Source: Paraspadella gotoi (lineage: Eukaryota; Animalia; Chaetognatha). From it: a DNA stretch of 64,000 nucleotides. Every line of letters starts with the position of its first letter. The stretch's first letter is position 1. A model generated the notes under the pieces. That model did no database searches, had not been told where the DNA came from, and saw only the letters and a program-made list of their open reading frames with translations. A program made the translations under genes and the position numbers. The stretch lies in NCBI GenBank assembly GCA_051294375.1, contig CM119264.1:495173-559172 (forward strand). The letters run 5' to 3'. This document shows positions 1-11,487 of this stretch, one piece after another.

Positions 1-230
1 GGAGGAATCCGTGTGGGAGGAATTCTATGGGGAGGAATTCCATGGGGAGGAATACCGTGTGGGAGGAATTCCTTGTGGGAGGAATTCCGTGTGGGAGGAA
101 TCCCGCGGGGAGGAATCCCGTGTGGGAGGAATCCCGTGTGGGAGGAATCCCATGGGGAGGAAATCCCGCGTGGGAGGAATCCCGTATGGGAGGAATCCAG
201 TTGGGAGGAATTCCGTGTGGGAGGAATACC
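1..230. repeat. G-rich minisatellite, about 15 copies of a 15-17 bp unit (GGAGGAATCCCGTGTG)
   Basis: GGAGGAA recurs at 1,16,31,46,62,78,94,109,125,141,156,173,189,204,220 with no unique spacers. Confidence 0.95.
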
Positions 231-240
231 ACAGCCACCA

Positions 241-709
241 TTGAACGGTTCTGTCATTAACACATTTCAATAATTACTGACTCTTCATTGGTGAGCCCGA
301 CTTCCGAACACAACAGCAATAACAACACTTTCAGGCGACATGCCTCAACCTGGCGATGTACTTTCTGCCAACAACACATCAGGCGACATGCCTCAACTTG
401 GTGACGCACTTTCCACCAACAACAACAATACACTGAAGAGATGCAACAGACTTCTCCCTACAGGAGGGGGGATGCATGGTGGACTAAAATCCACCAACCA
501 TTCATCAGTGGCCATTTGGTGCCGGAGGCAAGTCTTTCGCCTCCCAACCCAAAGGTCCGGGGTTCTAGCCCGGTGATTGCCAAGCAGTTAAGAGGGACGG
601 GGCGCTTAACCTGCCTGTAACATGGTGTTACAGCCTGATCCGAAGCTCAGGGACTGCTTATATTGAACGGTTCTGTCATTACCACATATCAATAATTACT
701 GTCTCTTCA
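241..709 (+). mobile_element. Family F1 TRIM-like LTR element (5' LTR truncated) with twister ribozyme in the LTR
   Basis: 241-287 repeats 663-709, both ending CTCTTCA (period 422). PBS TGGTGAGCCCGAC at 289-301. PPT AGGAGGGGGGATG at 462-474. 3' LTR about 475-709 contains a tRNA-Gly-like segment (A box TGGTGCCGGAGG, B box GGTTCTAGCCC). Confidence 0.8.
582..659 (+). ncRNA. Type-P5 twister ribozyme (F1), predicted cleavage U607/A608
   Basis: P5 AAGCAGTT(582-589)/GACTGCTT(652-659); P2 AGG/CCT; G596-A597; T1 CGG(598-600)/CCG(640-642); UAA 607-609; T2 GC(613-614)/GC(645-646); C615-G633; P3 TGTAACA/TGTTACA; P4 CCTGA/TCAGG; L4 TCCGAAGC. Confidence 0.85.
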
Positions 710-780
710 ATAATTTAAAAATTAAACAAGTTTGAGCAAACAATGTCGGATCTGCCTACGATAAGTGGTAATAAGCTAAC

Positions 781-898
781 TTGGTCAACATGCATAATTT
801 AATCAACTGGCATAATTTGGTCAACTGACATAATTTTGTCAGCTGGCATAATTTGGTCAACTGACATAATTTGGTCAACTGACATAATTTGGTCAACT
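781..898. repeat. About 6 copies of a 19-bp tandem repeat (TTGGTCAACTGACATAATT)
   Basis: Direct inspection. Confidence 0.9.
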
Positions 899-1490
899 TG
901 TGGATAAGTCGCTAAGTGGGCAGAAGATGACTATCCGTAAATTCTATAACCCCCTCTAGCAGACATGGAACAGGTCCTGGGCTTGGAACCTGGCTTGAGG
1001 GTTTGCCACGCCCCCAAAGCGGCTTACAGCCGTCCTCTTCCCGCAGGGTAGGTACCGGGTTGGGATTGAACCCGGTACCTAGTGGTCATGAGCTGATGGC
1101 TTTACTCAATGAGCCACCGGGTCACAACTGAAAGAGTCATGCTTATAGGCGGGGTGAACCTAGGCAATGCCCGACTACATGCCCCCCAGATTGTAACCCA
1201 CCCTGCACTGCTTCCAGTGGAGGGAGGGGAGCAATCTTTGGCTCGTCCATGGGCCTGGAATCAGAATGTTGGAATATGTTCGACAGGATCGGCTCACCAG
1301 TGTGGATAAGACGCTAAGTGGGCAGAAGATGACTATACGTAAATTCTGTAACCCCCTCTAGCATACATGGAATGGGTCCTGGGCTTGGAACCTGGCTTGA
1401 GGGTTTGCCACGCCCCCAAGGCGGGTCATGGCCGTCCTCACTCTTCCCGCAGGGTAGGTACCGGGTTGAGATTGAACCTAGGCTATGCAT
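899..1490 (-). mobile_element. Family F2 TRIM-like LTR element with twister ribozyme in each LTR
   Basis: 3' LTR 1179->899 (TGTAG...CCACA, 281 bp). Internally deleted 5' LTR about 1490->1301. Period 402. PBS TGGTGAGCCGATC follows the 5' LTR. PPT GGGGGGCA precedes the 3' LTR. tRNA-Met-like segment (TGGCTCATTGAG...CTCATGA...GGTTCAATCCC). Both ribozyme copies carry lesions (P2 strand deleted; UAA>UGA). Confidence 0.8.
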
Positions 1491-1502
1491 TTCCACTCGA
1501 AA

Positions 1503-2727
1503 CTTTATATCCAGCTCAATCACACACTTTCCTACCATCATACAAAATTTCAAGTCAATTGCCCTATTCACTCATGAGCAATTTGCGTTCAAATAGTGAA
1601 ATAGATTTTTTGTTTTTTCCATTTAAGAAACAATGAAAAATAATTTGGCGAAACGGTCTCGTGCTGATTTTGTCCCTTTAAAATTGTTTCTGAGCCAAAT
1701 TAATTGATCATTACTTTTGTAATGTGTGCGATATACACTACTGGACATTACTGTATCTGACCATAACCCTTGACCATCAACAAAAAAGCTAACTAGATCA
1801 AAAAAAGTAAAAAAGATGAAGCAATATAGCTCGAAACGCTTACAAAATTTTTGACCATTGTTTTTATAAATGCAAAAAAATATTAATATTATTAAAACAA
1901 AACTTTAACGATAACCTAATAGTTAACCGAGACCAAGATGAATATTTTTTACCCCATCATTTCCTCAATTTATATGAATCATTTGTCAATTAATCTAAAT
2001 AACAATATGACAAATTCATTTTCAATTTTCTTTATGAATGGAAGTTTTCTCTGCTTCCCTTGTGTCTAATTATTTAATATTTTAAAGGTATTTTCAAAAC
2101 CTATATNNNNNNNNNNNNNNNNNNNNNNNNNAGAGAGAATTTATATCCAGCTCAATCACACACTTTCCTACATCATACAAATTCAAGTCATTGCCCTATT
2201 CACTCATGAGCAATTTGCGTTCATATAGTGAAATAGATTTTTTGTTTTTTTCCATTTAAGAACAATGAAAATAATTTGCGAAACGGTCTCGTGCTGATTT
2301 TGTCCCTTAAAATTGTTCTGACCCAATTATTAGATCATTACTTTTGTAATTGTGTGCGATATACACTACTGACATTACTGTATCTGACCATAACACTTGG
2401 CCATCAACAAAAAACTAACTAGATCAAAAAAGTAAAAAAGATGAAGCAATATAGCTCGAAACGCTTACAAAAATTTTTGACCATTGTTTTTATAATTCAA
2501 AAAAATATTAATATTATTAAAACAAAACTTAACGATACCTAATAGTACCGAGACCAAGATGAATATTTTTTACCCCATCATTTCCTCAATTTTATATAGA
2601 TATCATTTGTCAATTAATCTAAATACAATTGACAAATTCATTTTCAATTTTCTTTATGAATGGAAGTTTTTTCTGCTTCCCTGTGTCTAATTATTTAATA
2701 TTTTAAAGGTATTTCAAAAAACCTTAT
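1503..2727. other. Near-identical direct duplication flanking an N-gap (1503-2106 vs about 2140-2727); probable assembly overlap artefact
   Basis: The second copy differs mainly by single-base indels, and the copies abut the gap. Confidence 0.8.
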
Positions 2728-5228
2728 AATTACTATATATTTTCACTTTTTTCAATTCTTTCACAACAAAAACAACATCATAAAAACATTTTAAATATAA
2801 TAAAAAAAATTGATTGAATATTTGGAAAAATAAATATTTTGAAACTTGAGAAATAATGGATTATGAGCAGAAAAAATTTTGCAATTCTAAAATAATCACT
2901 CTATCTTTCGAATTTTTCTAGAGCTGATTTTTTATTTTTTTGTTATTTGATTTTCTATGCAAAACCATTATTCTCAATGAGCATAGATCGGATGAAATTT
3001 TTTTTCCAACAATTTTAAAAATTCAACTTTTAATTAAGCTTTTTTGGGGAAAAATATAAAATTATAATATACATGGTACATCTAAAGTGATATTTCTAAT
3101 GACAAAAAAATTTTCTCAAGTTTATTTTGAAATTTACGTATTGTACAATAGAAATAAGTGAGCTCCCGCTTTGCCGAAATTTTTATTTACAAGATTTGTA
3201 CTGGGTAATTTAAAAAAATTATTTTTTAAATAATTTGAAAGAAAGAGTTAGCTAAGGTGGATGTGGTATCAAATTAAAGCCTAATCATGGACGTCCTTTC
3301 TAAAAGATAATCTTTTCACAGCTTTTTGTTTAATCAGAGTTAAAAGTATACAGTTTTTTCTTTAAATTTCAATGAAGCATATGAAATTTTTTCTTTTCTT
3401 TTGTAATTTAAAAAAGGAAGACTGAATATATTTTTGTTTATTATTAATTTTCTTTATTCCATAAAATTGCTTATATTTTCAGTTAAAGTAAAAACAAGCA
3501 AAAATTTATGTTGTAGCTTGATAAATGTTATTTTTAAATATTAAAAATGTAAATACAAAAATGTTTTCAGCTTGATATAAACAGTCTGGACATCTACTTC
3601 TTGTCTCGTGAAAAAATTGTCATTTTCATGTATCTTTAGCTGCAAACTAAAGCTTGACACACTGCTTTATCTAATAACTTGGTGTAAAATTAATAGCTGG
3701 TAACATATTTGACCAAAGCAACATCATGTGTTAAATTGTATTGATAATTTTTTTTTTAAATACAGCAAGGAATTTAATTCTATTATTTATATGCCATTTT
3801 AATTAAGAAAAATATTTCGGTTAATGCCCTTGGAAAGGGTTTCATTGACTGACTTAATGAATAAATTTTGTTAGAATTTTTTATTGCCCATCTTGAGTTA
3901 CAAGATATAAAAGGTTATGGTTACATGTCAATAAGTCCACTTTATTGTACCCTTTTGCAACCTGCATCCAAATTTCTTTTTTTCCCTTTTCAATGTATAA
4001 ATAAAAAAATTATTTGAGAGAACAATTGCCGGGAGTTGATGCCATTGGTAAGCCTTTAGGTTACCCACTTCCGATCGAATTTTTAAATGAGGTTTTTTTT
4101 CTATCTATTTGAGACATAACACTAATATTTATACTATTATTTTTTTTTCTTCTTCGGAGGCGTGGGTTGAATCCCACCACTTGCCACCACAACGAAGGAA
4201 GTAGGTGCGTGGTTTATTAGTGAGAAATAGGGAGTTTTTTGACATAAGAACACGTTGGGGATGATAATAATTAACATACAAATATGGAGATTATGCAGAA
4301 AAGGCAGGGCTTATAAACAATATAACAATGTCATAAGGAGTTGAGTGTTAATTTCTTGAAGGTAAGGTTGAAGAGTGATCCGTTTCCTCTCTCGTTCTCT
4401 GCGTCGGTTTCCTGAGGAGCCTGCCTCTCTAATTGGTCAATCAGAGAAAAGACGGAGAGCCAAGAGAGACAAGCCACTTGATAATCCATTCTCTGCGTTG
4501 ATTCTATATTCTATATTCTATATTCAGTCATATCTAAAACAAAAAAATATTTTGCATTGATATTTTGGATATCAACATATGAAACTATAACGTTTCAAAA
4601 AATAAAAAGAAATATAATAATATTGAACAGTGAATTTTTTTTATGCACGGAACAGTAACGTTACGCCATTTTTCATTGTCTTAAACCAATTTCCACCCGC
4701 ACGATTCCATCGAAACTTCATATCCAGCTCAATCACACAGTTTCCTACCCACACACAAAATTTCATACCAATCCATCCATCCAATCACGAGTAATTGGAG
4801 TTTTTAAGTTTTTAACCAATGGGACACACTGTAAGTGTTTTAAAATAGGAACTAAACTCCGTATTAACTATTAAGTATTCTAAGTGTTTTAAAATAGCAA
4901 CTAAACTTCTAAGTATTTCAGGCAATAAAATAATAATTTTATGAGATGTTTTACCTGTTCTACTTGTTTGACCTGCTCTCTGAATGGATGGTTGTAATGA
5001 AACAATTTCCCTTCCTCCACATTGATTGGTTCAATCATGGCGTGCACTTGACGCTCCTTCTCGACTTTTTCTACTCGTCGTCATCTATGTTTGCTATAAA
5101 ATAAGGGGGAAGAAATTTTTTGGCAGACTTAAACCGAACTCTTCTGTTCTCAACTTGCTCCTGGTTCAGTTCTTTCAAGTGAAGAAGTTTCCCAATTTGA
5201 ACGCCTCTCATTGTTCTCAATCATTAAA

Positions 5229-7750
5229 ATGGTAAGTTTTATGAATTTGATTAAGTTATTGATTTAACTTTCGTTTTGTTGTGTTTGATATTAGTAAAGA
5301 AATAACTACAGATGGCTTCGTATAATATAACCATAATAATCATAATCCTTTTTTTCGAGCCCAGAATCGGTTTCCGACTAAACTACTGGGCCAAATTTGA
5401 TGAAGATTCACAAACTGCAATTTCATTATCTTGTAAGAGTGATGGAGGCCTTAAATCACCAAAGTCAGGGGCAAGATAGCTTAATTATTAAATGAATGTA
5501 TAATTTTTATATTGGTTGTACCAATTTCGTACGTAAAGCATTCCTTTGGTCATGCAAATGCAACTATCGATGTGATGTTTGATGTTCAACCCCTGAGCCG
5601 AAAGATGGGGGAGGAGGGAAATGGCCAAATTTTTTTTATTATTTTGAATTTGGCATGATCAGTTGCAGACCGTCAGTAGCTAAGGTTGCCTGCAGTCGTC
5701 CAATAATAAAGTTACCCGGGAAATTTGTACTTTCGCCGACTGGAACCGAGCCGGTCGGTTATTTTTATTGTCGCAATCGCTTTGCGTTTGCGACGATCTC
5801 GTAACGCTTTTGCGCATAAGTGGCGTACGCGTCGTTGTTGTCGTCGTCATCGGCGTTCCAAATTATAGATCGCCTTTTTGATGATTAAATTTGGGTGTGA
5901 AGAGACAGTAATTATTGTTATGTGTTAGTGACAGAACCGTTCAATATAAGCTTCGGATCAGGCTGTAACACCATGTTACAGGCGGGTTAAGCGCCCTGTC
6001 CCTCTTAACTGCTAGGCGGCCACCGGGCTAGAACCCCAGACCTTTGGGTTGGGATGCGAATGACTTGCCTCCGGCACCAATGGCCACTGATGAACGGTTG
6101 GAGGATTTTAGTCAACCATAGGTGTATGAAGCTGAAAATTTATATACAGCTTCTCATCATCGATGTTATTAAAATAAGATGAGGACAGTTATTAAATATG
6201 TTTTGTTTACGTTTTATCAAAACAAACAAATTTCCTCTTTTATTTTTATGTTTCCTTCTCTCTCTCTTTTCTCTTCTAATTATATGTAGCTCTCTCTCTC
6301 TTTTCCCCAGTGCTGATTCATCGGGAAAAAAACGAGTCTGCAGCTGGCTCTGCAGAGGCTTTTTTCTTTTTCTCTCTTTTCTCCTGCTGCTTCTGCTGCT
6401 GCCTTTTGATTTTTTTTTTTCTGGCTGCCTCTACTGCTGCCGCTGCTGATTCGTCCGAAAACGATTTGGCTTCTCTCTCTCTTTCTCTCTCTCTCTCTTT
6501 TTTTTTCCAGAAACTGTAACTTTAATTTTCCTCGGTACTTTATTATTTTTTGTAATTGACAATCGCAAAATAGAATTTTTCTTTCTGTTTATAAATTTAT
6601 TTTCTTTTCTCAAATTTGATTTTTTTATATTTTGGTATCAAAATTGTTCTTTTTTTCTTCCTGTCCTTCCTTTCCTTTCTTTCTTTCCTTTCTATTCTTT
6701 GTTTCCTTTCTATTCTTTCTTTCCTTTCTATTCTTTCTTTCCTTTCTATTCTTTCTTTCTTTTCTATTCTTTCTTTCTGTTACGAGGCTAGGGATCTCGC
6801 CCCTGCTCAGCAACTTAAGGATAGGAAGGAAGAGAGAGGTACCTGAGCTAGTCTTCTCGCCCCTGCTCAGCAACCTAAAGATAGGAAGGAAGAGAGAGGT
6901 ACCTGAGCTAGTCTTCTCGCCCCTGCTCAGCAACTTAAGGTTAGGGAGGAAGAGAGAGGTACCTGAGCTAGTCTGCTCGCCCCTGCTCACCTACCTGAGG
7001 TTAGGAAGGAAGCGATAGGTACCTGAGCAAGTTTTCTCGTCACTCCTCTGCTATGTCAGCTATCTCAGCATAGATCATCAAATGAGAAGATGGCGGGAAA
7101 ACAGAAGAACCAATGACAAGCTTGCACACCTCAGCAAGAGAGAGAGATCTCAGATACCACAGCCCTCAGCCAATAGGAGAGAGAGGAGAGCTGAGGGTCC
7201 TCAAGGGGTACTCAGGTTCCTTAGCCTTGCACCAATGAGATGCTCTATTTTATGTAGATGAGGGAGAAGGGTAGGCTAGGTTTTTCTGCCATTGTGACGA
7301 TCCTTTTGCTTTTACGATTTTTTATATCATTACCGTGGTTTGATATTATAAAGAAAAAAAGTGAAAATTTGTTTTAGTTAGGTTAGGGATATTTAGGGTT
7401 AAGGGTGATTAAGGTTAGGGGTTGTTAGGGTTAGGAGTGATTACGTTGAGGGGTGGTTAATAAAAAAGTCACTGCGGCGCAACACAACATTTAAATGTCC
7501 GTTCTTGTTAAAACTTATTGTATCCAATTTCCCTTAAAACCGTAAACCCTTCAGGGTGGAAACTCACCACAGATCACTACGATCAACATCGGCGGCGGCG
7601 TTCAAGAACCCCCTGCACGCAAAGCCAACCATGTCCTTCACTGTATCCTTAGTTATTTTTTTCCCGTGGATTTTTATCTGGTTCATCATTTGCTGTTGCT
7701 ACGGTTGTCCTGACTGCTGCGGGGACTGTTGCGGCTGTTGCGGTCCATAG
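5229..7750 (+). CDS. Small Cys-rich membrane protein (about 66 aa), two coding exons
   Basis: ATG|gtaagt at 5229-5231; acceptor cttcag|7555. Reads MGGNSPQITTINIGGGVQEPPARKANHVLHCILSYFF, then after one homopolymer frameshift PWIFIWFIICCCYGCPDCCGDCCGCCGP*. AATAAA near 7994. Confidence 0.6.
5415..5528 (+). mobile_element. F3 LTR fragment with twister P4 deleted
   Basis: Matches 39103-39213 but lacks CCTGTCCAAAG. Confidence 0.85.
5898..6120 (-). mobile_element. F1 solo LTR with 4-bp TSD GGTG; twister 3' strand deleted
   Basis: Reverse complement of 475-709; GGTG at 5894-5897 and 6121-6124. Confidence 0.85.
6660..6778. repeat. 18-bp pyrimidine-rich tandem repeat (TTCTTTCTTTCCTTTCTA)
   Basis: Direct inspection. 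Confidence 0.85.
6787..7045. repeat. 60-bp tandem repeat, about 4.3 copies
   Basis: ACCTGAGC at 6841, 6901, 6961, 7021. Confidence 0.95.
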
Positions 7751-9621
7751 TAATATGACGGCCCGCCCTCTCGCGGTTAAATGACTCATCAATTGACCAT
7801 CTCTTTGTTTTTAAGTTGCGCTGTCATTTGTTTTTTTTTTATGTTCTAGTCGTGATATTTATCATATTTTTAACAGCTTCTAAAAATGGACTACCGTAAT
7901 TAGCCTTAAACAAAGGGATGCCTCCACAGTGCCTCTGGTGATTTGTGCTTATAAATCATGATTGGAATATAAACCTAGAGGGAATTCTCAAACAATAAAG
8001 CTTTTTTTTAAATGCTTATAACAGGATATCTTAAAAAGTACTTGGTCAATCAAGATGAAATTTATCGTGTACTGTAATTATAAAATCGATTTTCCCCCAC
8101 TAGAGCCTATCAAAAAGTTTATCATTTAATTGCCTGTGAGTTTCAAGGAAGTTTAGTTTTATTGTAAAAGTGTTCAAACCCTGCGAAATTAGTATTAATT
8201 AATTACAAAGCCAATTTTCATGTCTCAATTCATTTTTATCTTACATTTTGGGCAGAAAGGGATTTTTATAAAATTTTATCTTTTGTTTCAACTGCTCGTC
8301 CCGCCGACTTTACTCATGGCGTCTCAAGAACGGTAGTGAGGAGTTTAGTTACTAAGCAATTCAAATAAACAAAATAGCGTCCCACGCCGTAAGCCGTTTA
8401 TATAATGCTCTATCGATTTAACCTATAATAAATAATATAAATAAATATTTTGTATATAATTAAAAGAATCTGTGCAGGAATTAACCTCCAGGATGTAATC
8501 ACACCAATTTTTTTAAAAGACGTATATTAAATTAGAAAGAGCACCTATTTATGAATAAAACTGTGTAGAAAATTGTTACAGTACCTCTAAAACCAAAAAG
8601 ATAAGGTGCGTAATGTATTAGCCCCTACCTTGTGAAGCAGCTTGTGGATGCTGTTGTGGGTACGCTAGAAGTAGTTGTGACTCTAAATTTTAATAGAATA
8701 AACTTAATGCACTTCTTTAACTAATAAATTAGGTTGGACAACCAAATCTCTTATATTTTAAACGGTGTGCCAAAAATACTTCAGGAGAGGCAACTGCTAA
8801 TGGCGTTGGACCAATTTGAATGGCGATTTGTGCAAACTTTTTTTTTTTTGCCATGCCCCATCGTGTCAAATGTGGGTGAATATACAACTTTTGGAATATG
8901 ACACACCCTAGAGTGGCCCGGATTCAGTGGCCACCTAATTGACGCTTCTAATTACTCTTCTCTTGACACCTTAAATTAACGAGGAAGAAATTAATACCGT
9001 CACCTCTGGCCGTCAAAAAAAGGGGGAAAAAAGTTTTTAAAAATATAGTGGAAAAAGCAGCATAGAAAAAAGTGTGCAAAAAAACAAATCTTAGAATTAA
9101 ATTATTTAAATACAGGGAGGTCCAGCTCTTTTGGGACTAACTTTAAAAAATCGTTTGGACGGGTAAATAAAAAGGTAATCTTATGAAAATTAGCACATTG
9201 TAAAAAATTGTAATGACAACACAATCAATTAAAAAGATTTTCTTTTGGCAACCATGACCTTCTCCAAAGGTTAGGAGAAGGCGGCATTTTCAACCATGCC
9301 AGTAAGGAATGCTGTCATTTCTGTCACTATTCTTCCTGTCAGAAAGTAGGCAGTAGACTGGGGACGGTAGGCCATTCTGATTTCTTATCTTACATTTTCA
9401 TTAATCAGGGGGATTGCAGTCAGAAAAACTGTGCGGCCAAAAGTTAGCAGTCACCATTCTTCATCTTGATTTTCAGCAAATTTTCCCAAAAATTTGTAAG
9501 GAAGCGGCGCAAAGAATTTTGACATGTCACGCAAAAAGCTTTAAATACGACGTAGAGACAGATCACACTTAATTTCATGTGCACGAAAAATAAATTATCG
9601 GTCATTGAATTTACTTTGTCT

Positions 9622-10216
9622 TATGGCAACAGCCGGGTTGCCTGTGATGCCCATTGGGATGGGGCATCTCACTGTTAGCTTTGGGGGCTTCCGACCCTCA
9701 GTGACGCTTCCAGTCACTGGCGCGGTTACCCTAGGACGGTCTCGCTTTGCCAACGCAGAGGGAAGTCGTTAGGAATGTGGATGGAACGCTACGCCTGGGA
9801 TGGTGTGTTCCCCCTCTGAGCCAATGGATTTGGCTGTAGGATGGTGGACATGAGGCGGTGTGAATATACCACCACTGGATCCCCGGGCCAAGACATCACT
9901 CAGGTTCCTCAAGCCTGAGAGGTGTCTAACAAGATTGTGGGAGAGAGAGAGAGCACGAGTTGTGGGGGCATAGGCGTTTGTCGTAGAGTACCCCAGGGGC
10001 ATAGGCGTTTGTCATAGCATACCCAAAGTCGGCAGGGCATAGGCTTTTGTCGTAGCGTACTCTGAGAAGGTTGCGTGTTCGATAGTAGGGCTCACCACTT
10101 ATGGCAACAGCCGGGTTGCCTGTGAACACTACGCCTGGGATGGTGTGTTCCCCCTCTGAGCCAATGGATTTGGCTGTAGGATTGTGGACGTGAGGCGGTG
10201 TGAATATACCGCCACA
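9622..10216 (-). mobile_element. Family F4 complete TRIM-like LTR element with 4-bp TSD GTCT
   Basis: GTCT at 9618-9621 and 10217-10220. 5' LTR 10216->10100 (TGTGGC...GCCATA, about 139 bp deleted). PBS TGGTGAGCCCTAC at 10097->10085. 3' LTR 9876->9622 (255 bp) with A-box-like TGGCTCAGAGG and B-box-like GTTCCATCC. PPT weak. Three internal GGGCATAGGC(G/T)TTTGTC repeats. Confidence 0.85.
9674..9754 (-). ncRNA. Type-P5 twister ribozyme (F4), predicted cleavage between 9728 and 9727
   Basis: Minus strand reads GTTGGC aaa GCGA GA CCG tcctaggg TAA CCGC GC C AGTGAC tggaagc GTCACT G AGGG T CGG AAGC CCCC aaa GCTAAC. T1 CCG/CGG, T2 GC/GC, P3 6 bp, P5 6 bp; single mismatches in P2 and P4. Confidence 0.85.
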
Positions 10217-10937
10217 GTCTGACCACTTGTACTAACAAGCCATCCCTTCCTGACAGTTATGCTGGACAAATACATACAAAATATGATTCGGCCCAGAATG
10301 ATACAGTAAAATACAGAGTAAAAGTTGAAATTTGGACTAGATACTTTGTTTCTCTGAATTCTTAAATCATACGCCATAAACGAATAAGACGATGGGTACA
10401 ACTGAAAGTGATATGTCTCTAATGATAAAAATTTTTTCTTTAGTTTTTATTTTAAAATTTAGGTATTATACAAATAGGATAAATTTAGTTTGTTCCAAAA
10501 TTGAATGCCTTGAATCTGATATTTTTCAAAATGCAAAATTTTGGTTCATAGTCTGTTCATAGTATGTTTTAGTTAAATTAGAAATTAGATTTCATTTCTT
10601 TCGATCGATTTCAGGTTAAATTTATTCGAAAGGGTCGTGAAGGGGAAGAGAAACACGGCGACGGTTTATATCGGAGAGAGAGAGGAGAGAGAGAGAGAGA
10701 GAGACGTGAAGGGGAAGGGCGGAAAATGAATTCATGACCTCGAAACGACTGCAATTAGGTTTTATGGACGGAGTTTTAATTTTAATATATTTAATGCCAT
10801 TTGGATTAATATTTTGCAGAGAGGTATTGTACTGTGTGTGGGTTTTGAACAAGAAAAGCTTGTTGCCTGATCACAAAGACAAGAGAGAGAAAAAGTCACC
10901 TTTGAATTGTCGGTTCCATGTTGATTGAAAAACTCCA

Positions 10938-11220
10938 TGAAATCGGTACTACCAATATGAAAAATTATCCATTCATTTAATAAATAAGCTATCTTGTCCC
11001 TGACTTTGGACAATGGACAGGCTTTGGTGGTTGAAGGCCTCCTTCTCTCTTACAAGATAATGACATAGCAGGTCCCGGCAAGCTTTCAATCAAGACTCTC
11101 CCACAGTCGAGTTTATTCACTCAATGTAGTGGTATATTATTTTAAATAATGTAATAATTGTATAAAAGGACCACTTCCTCAACTATTAAATGGGGAATAC
11201 TATATTGTACGCTGCACTAG
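10938..11220 (-). mobile_element. F3 LTR plus part of its internal region; twister mutated
   Basis: Reverse complement of about 39243-39536; UAA>UCA and a duplication in P4/L4. Confidence 0.85.
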
Positions 11221-11487
11221 TGTTGCGCTAAGTGGACTGGAGACTACTATCTGAATCTTCTGAACTCACTCGGCAGTAATGGAAGGGGTCCTAGGCTTGG
11301 AACCAGGCTTGAGGGTTTTCCGGGCCCCAAAGGCGGTTTATGGCCGTCCTCACGCTTCCCACAGGGTAGGTACCATTGGGGATCGATCCCGGTACCTCAT
11401 GGTCATGAGCTGATGGTATTACTCAATGAGCAACCGGGTCACGACATGATTATAGGCGGGGTTAACTTATTGCAATGCCCGACTACA
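11221..11487 (-). mobile_element. F2 solo LTR inserted into the F3 element
   Basis: Starts TGTAGTCGGGCATTGC on the minus strand; flanks CTAG/GTAG (3 of 4 TSD match). Confidence 0.8.
11286..11360 (-). ncRNA. Type-P5 twister ribozyme (F2, best-preserved copy), predicted cleavage between 11340 and 11339
   Basis: Minus strand reads GGG aag CGT GA GGA cggcca TAA ACC GC C TTTGGGG cccggaaaa CCCTCAA G CCTGG T TCC AAGC CTAGG a CCC. T1 GGA/TCC, T2 GC/GC. Confidence 0.8.

Noticed and set aside
1-230. CRISPR-like array
   Set aside because: Units abut with no unique spacers, and the context is eukaryotic; it is a minisatellite
505-580. Functional tRNA genes in F1/F2 (also about 1060-1125)
   Set aside because: Anticodon stems pair poorly and the segments are embedded in dispersed LTRs; treated as tRNA-derived promoters
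6087-6140. Hammerhead ribozyme from CTGATGA antisense to F1
   Set aside because: No conserved GAAA or stem III in the homologous copy at 460-512
9899-9919. Additional twister P4/L4 (CTCAGGTTCCTCAAGCCTGAG)
   Set aside because: Loop length is wrong, and no matching UAA, GA-T1 or T2 partners were found
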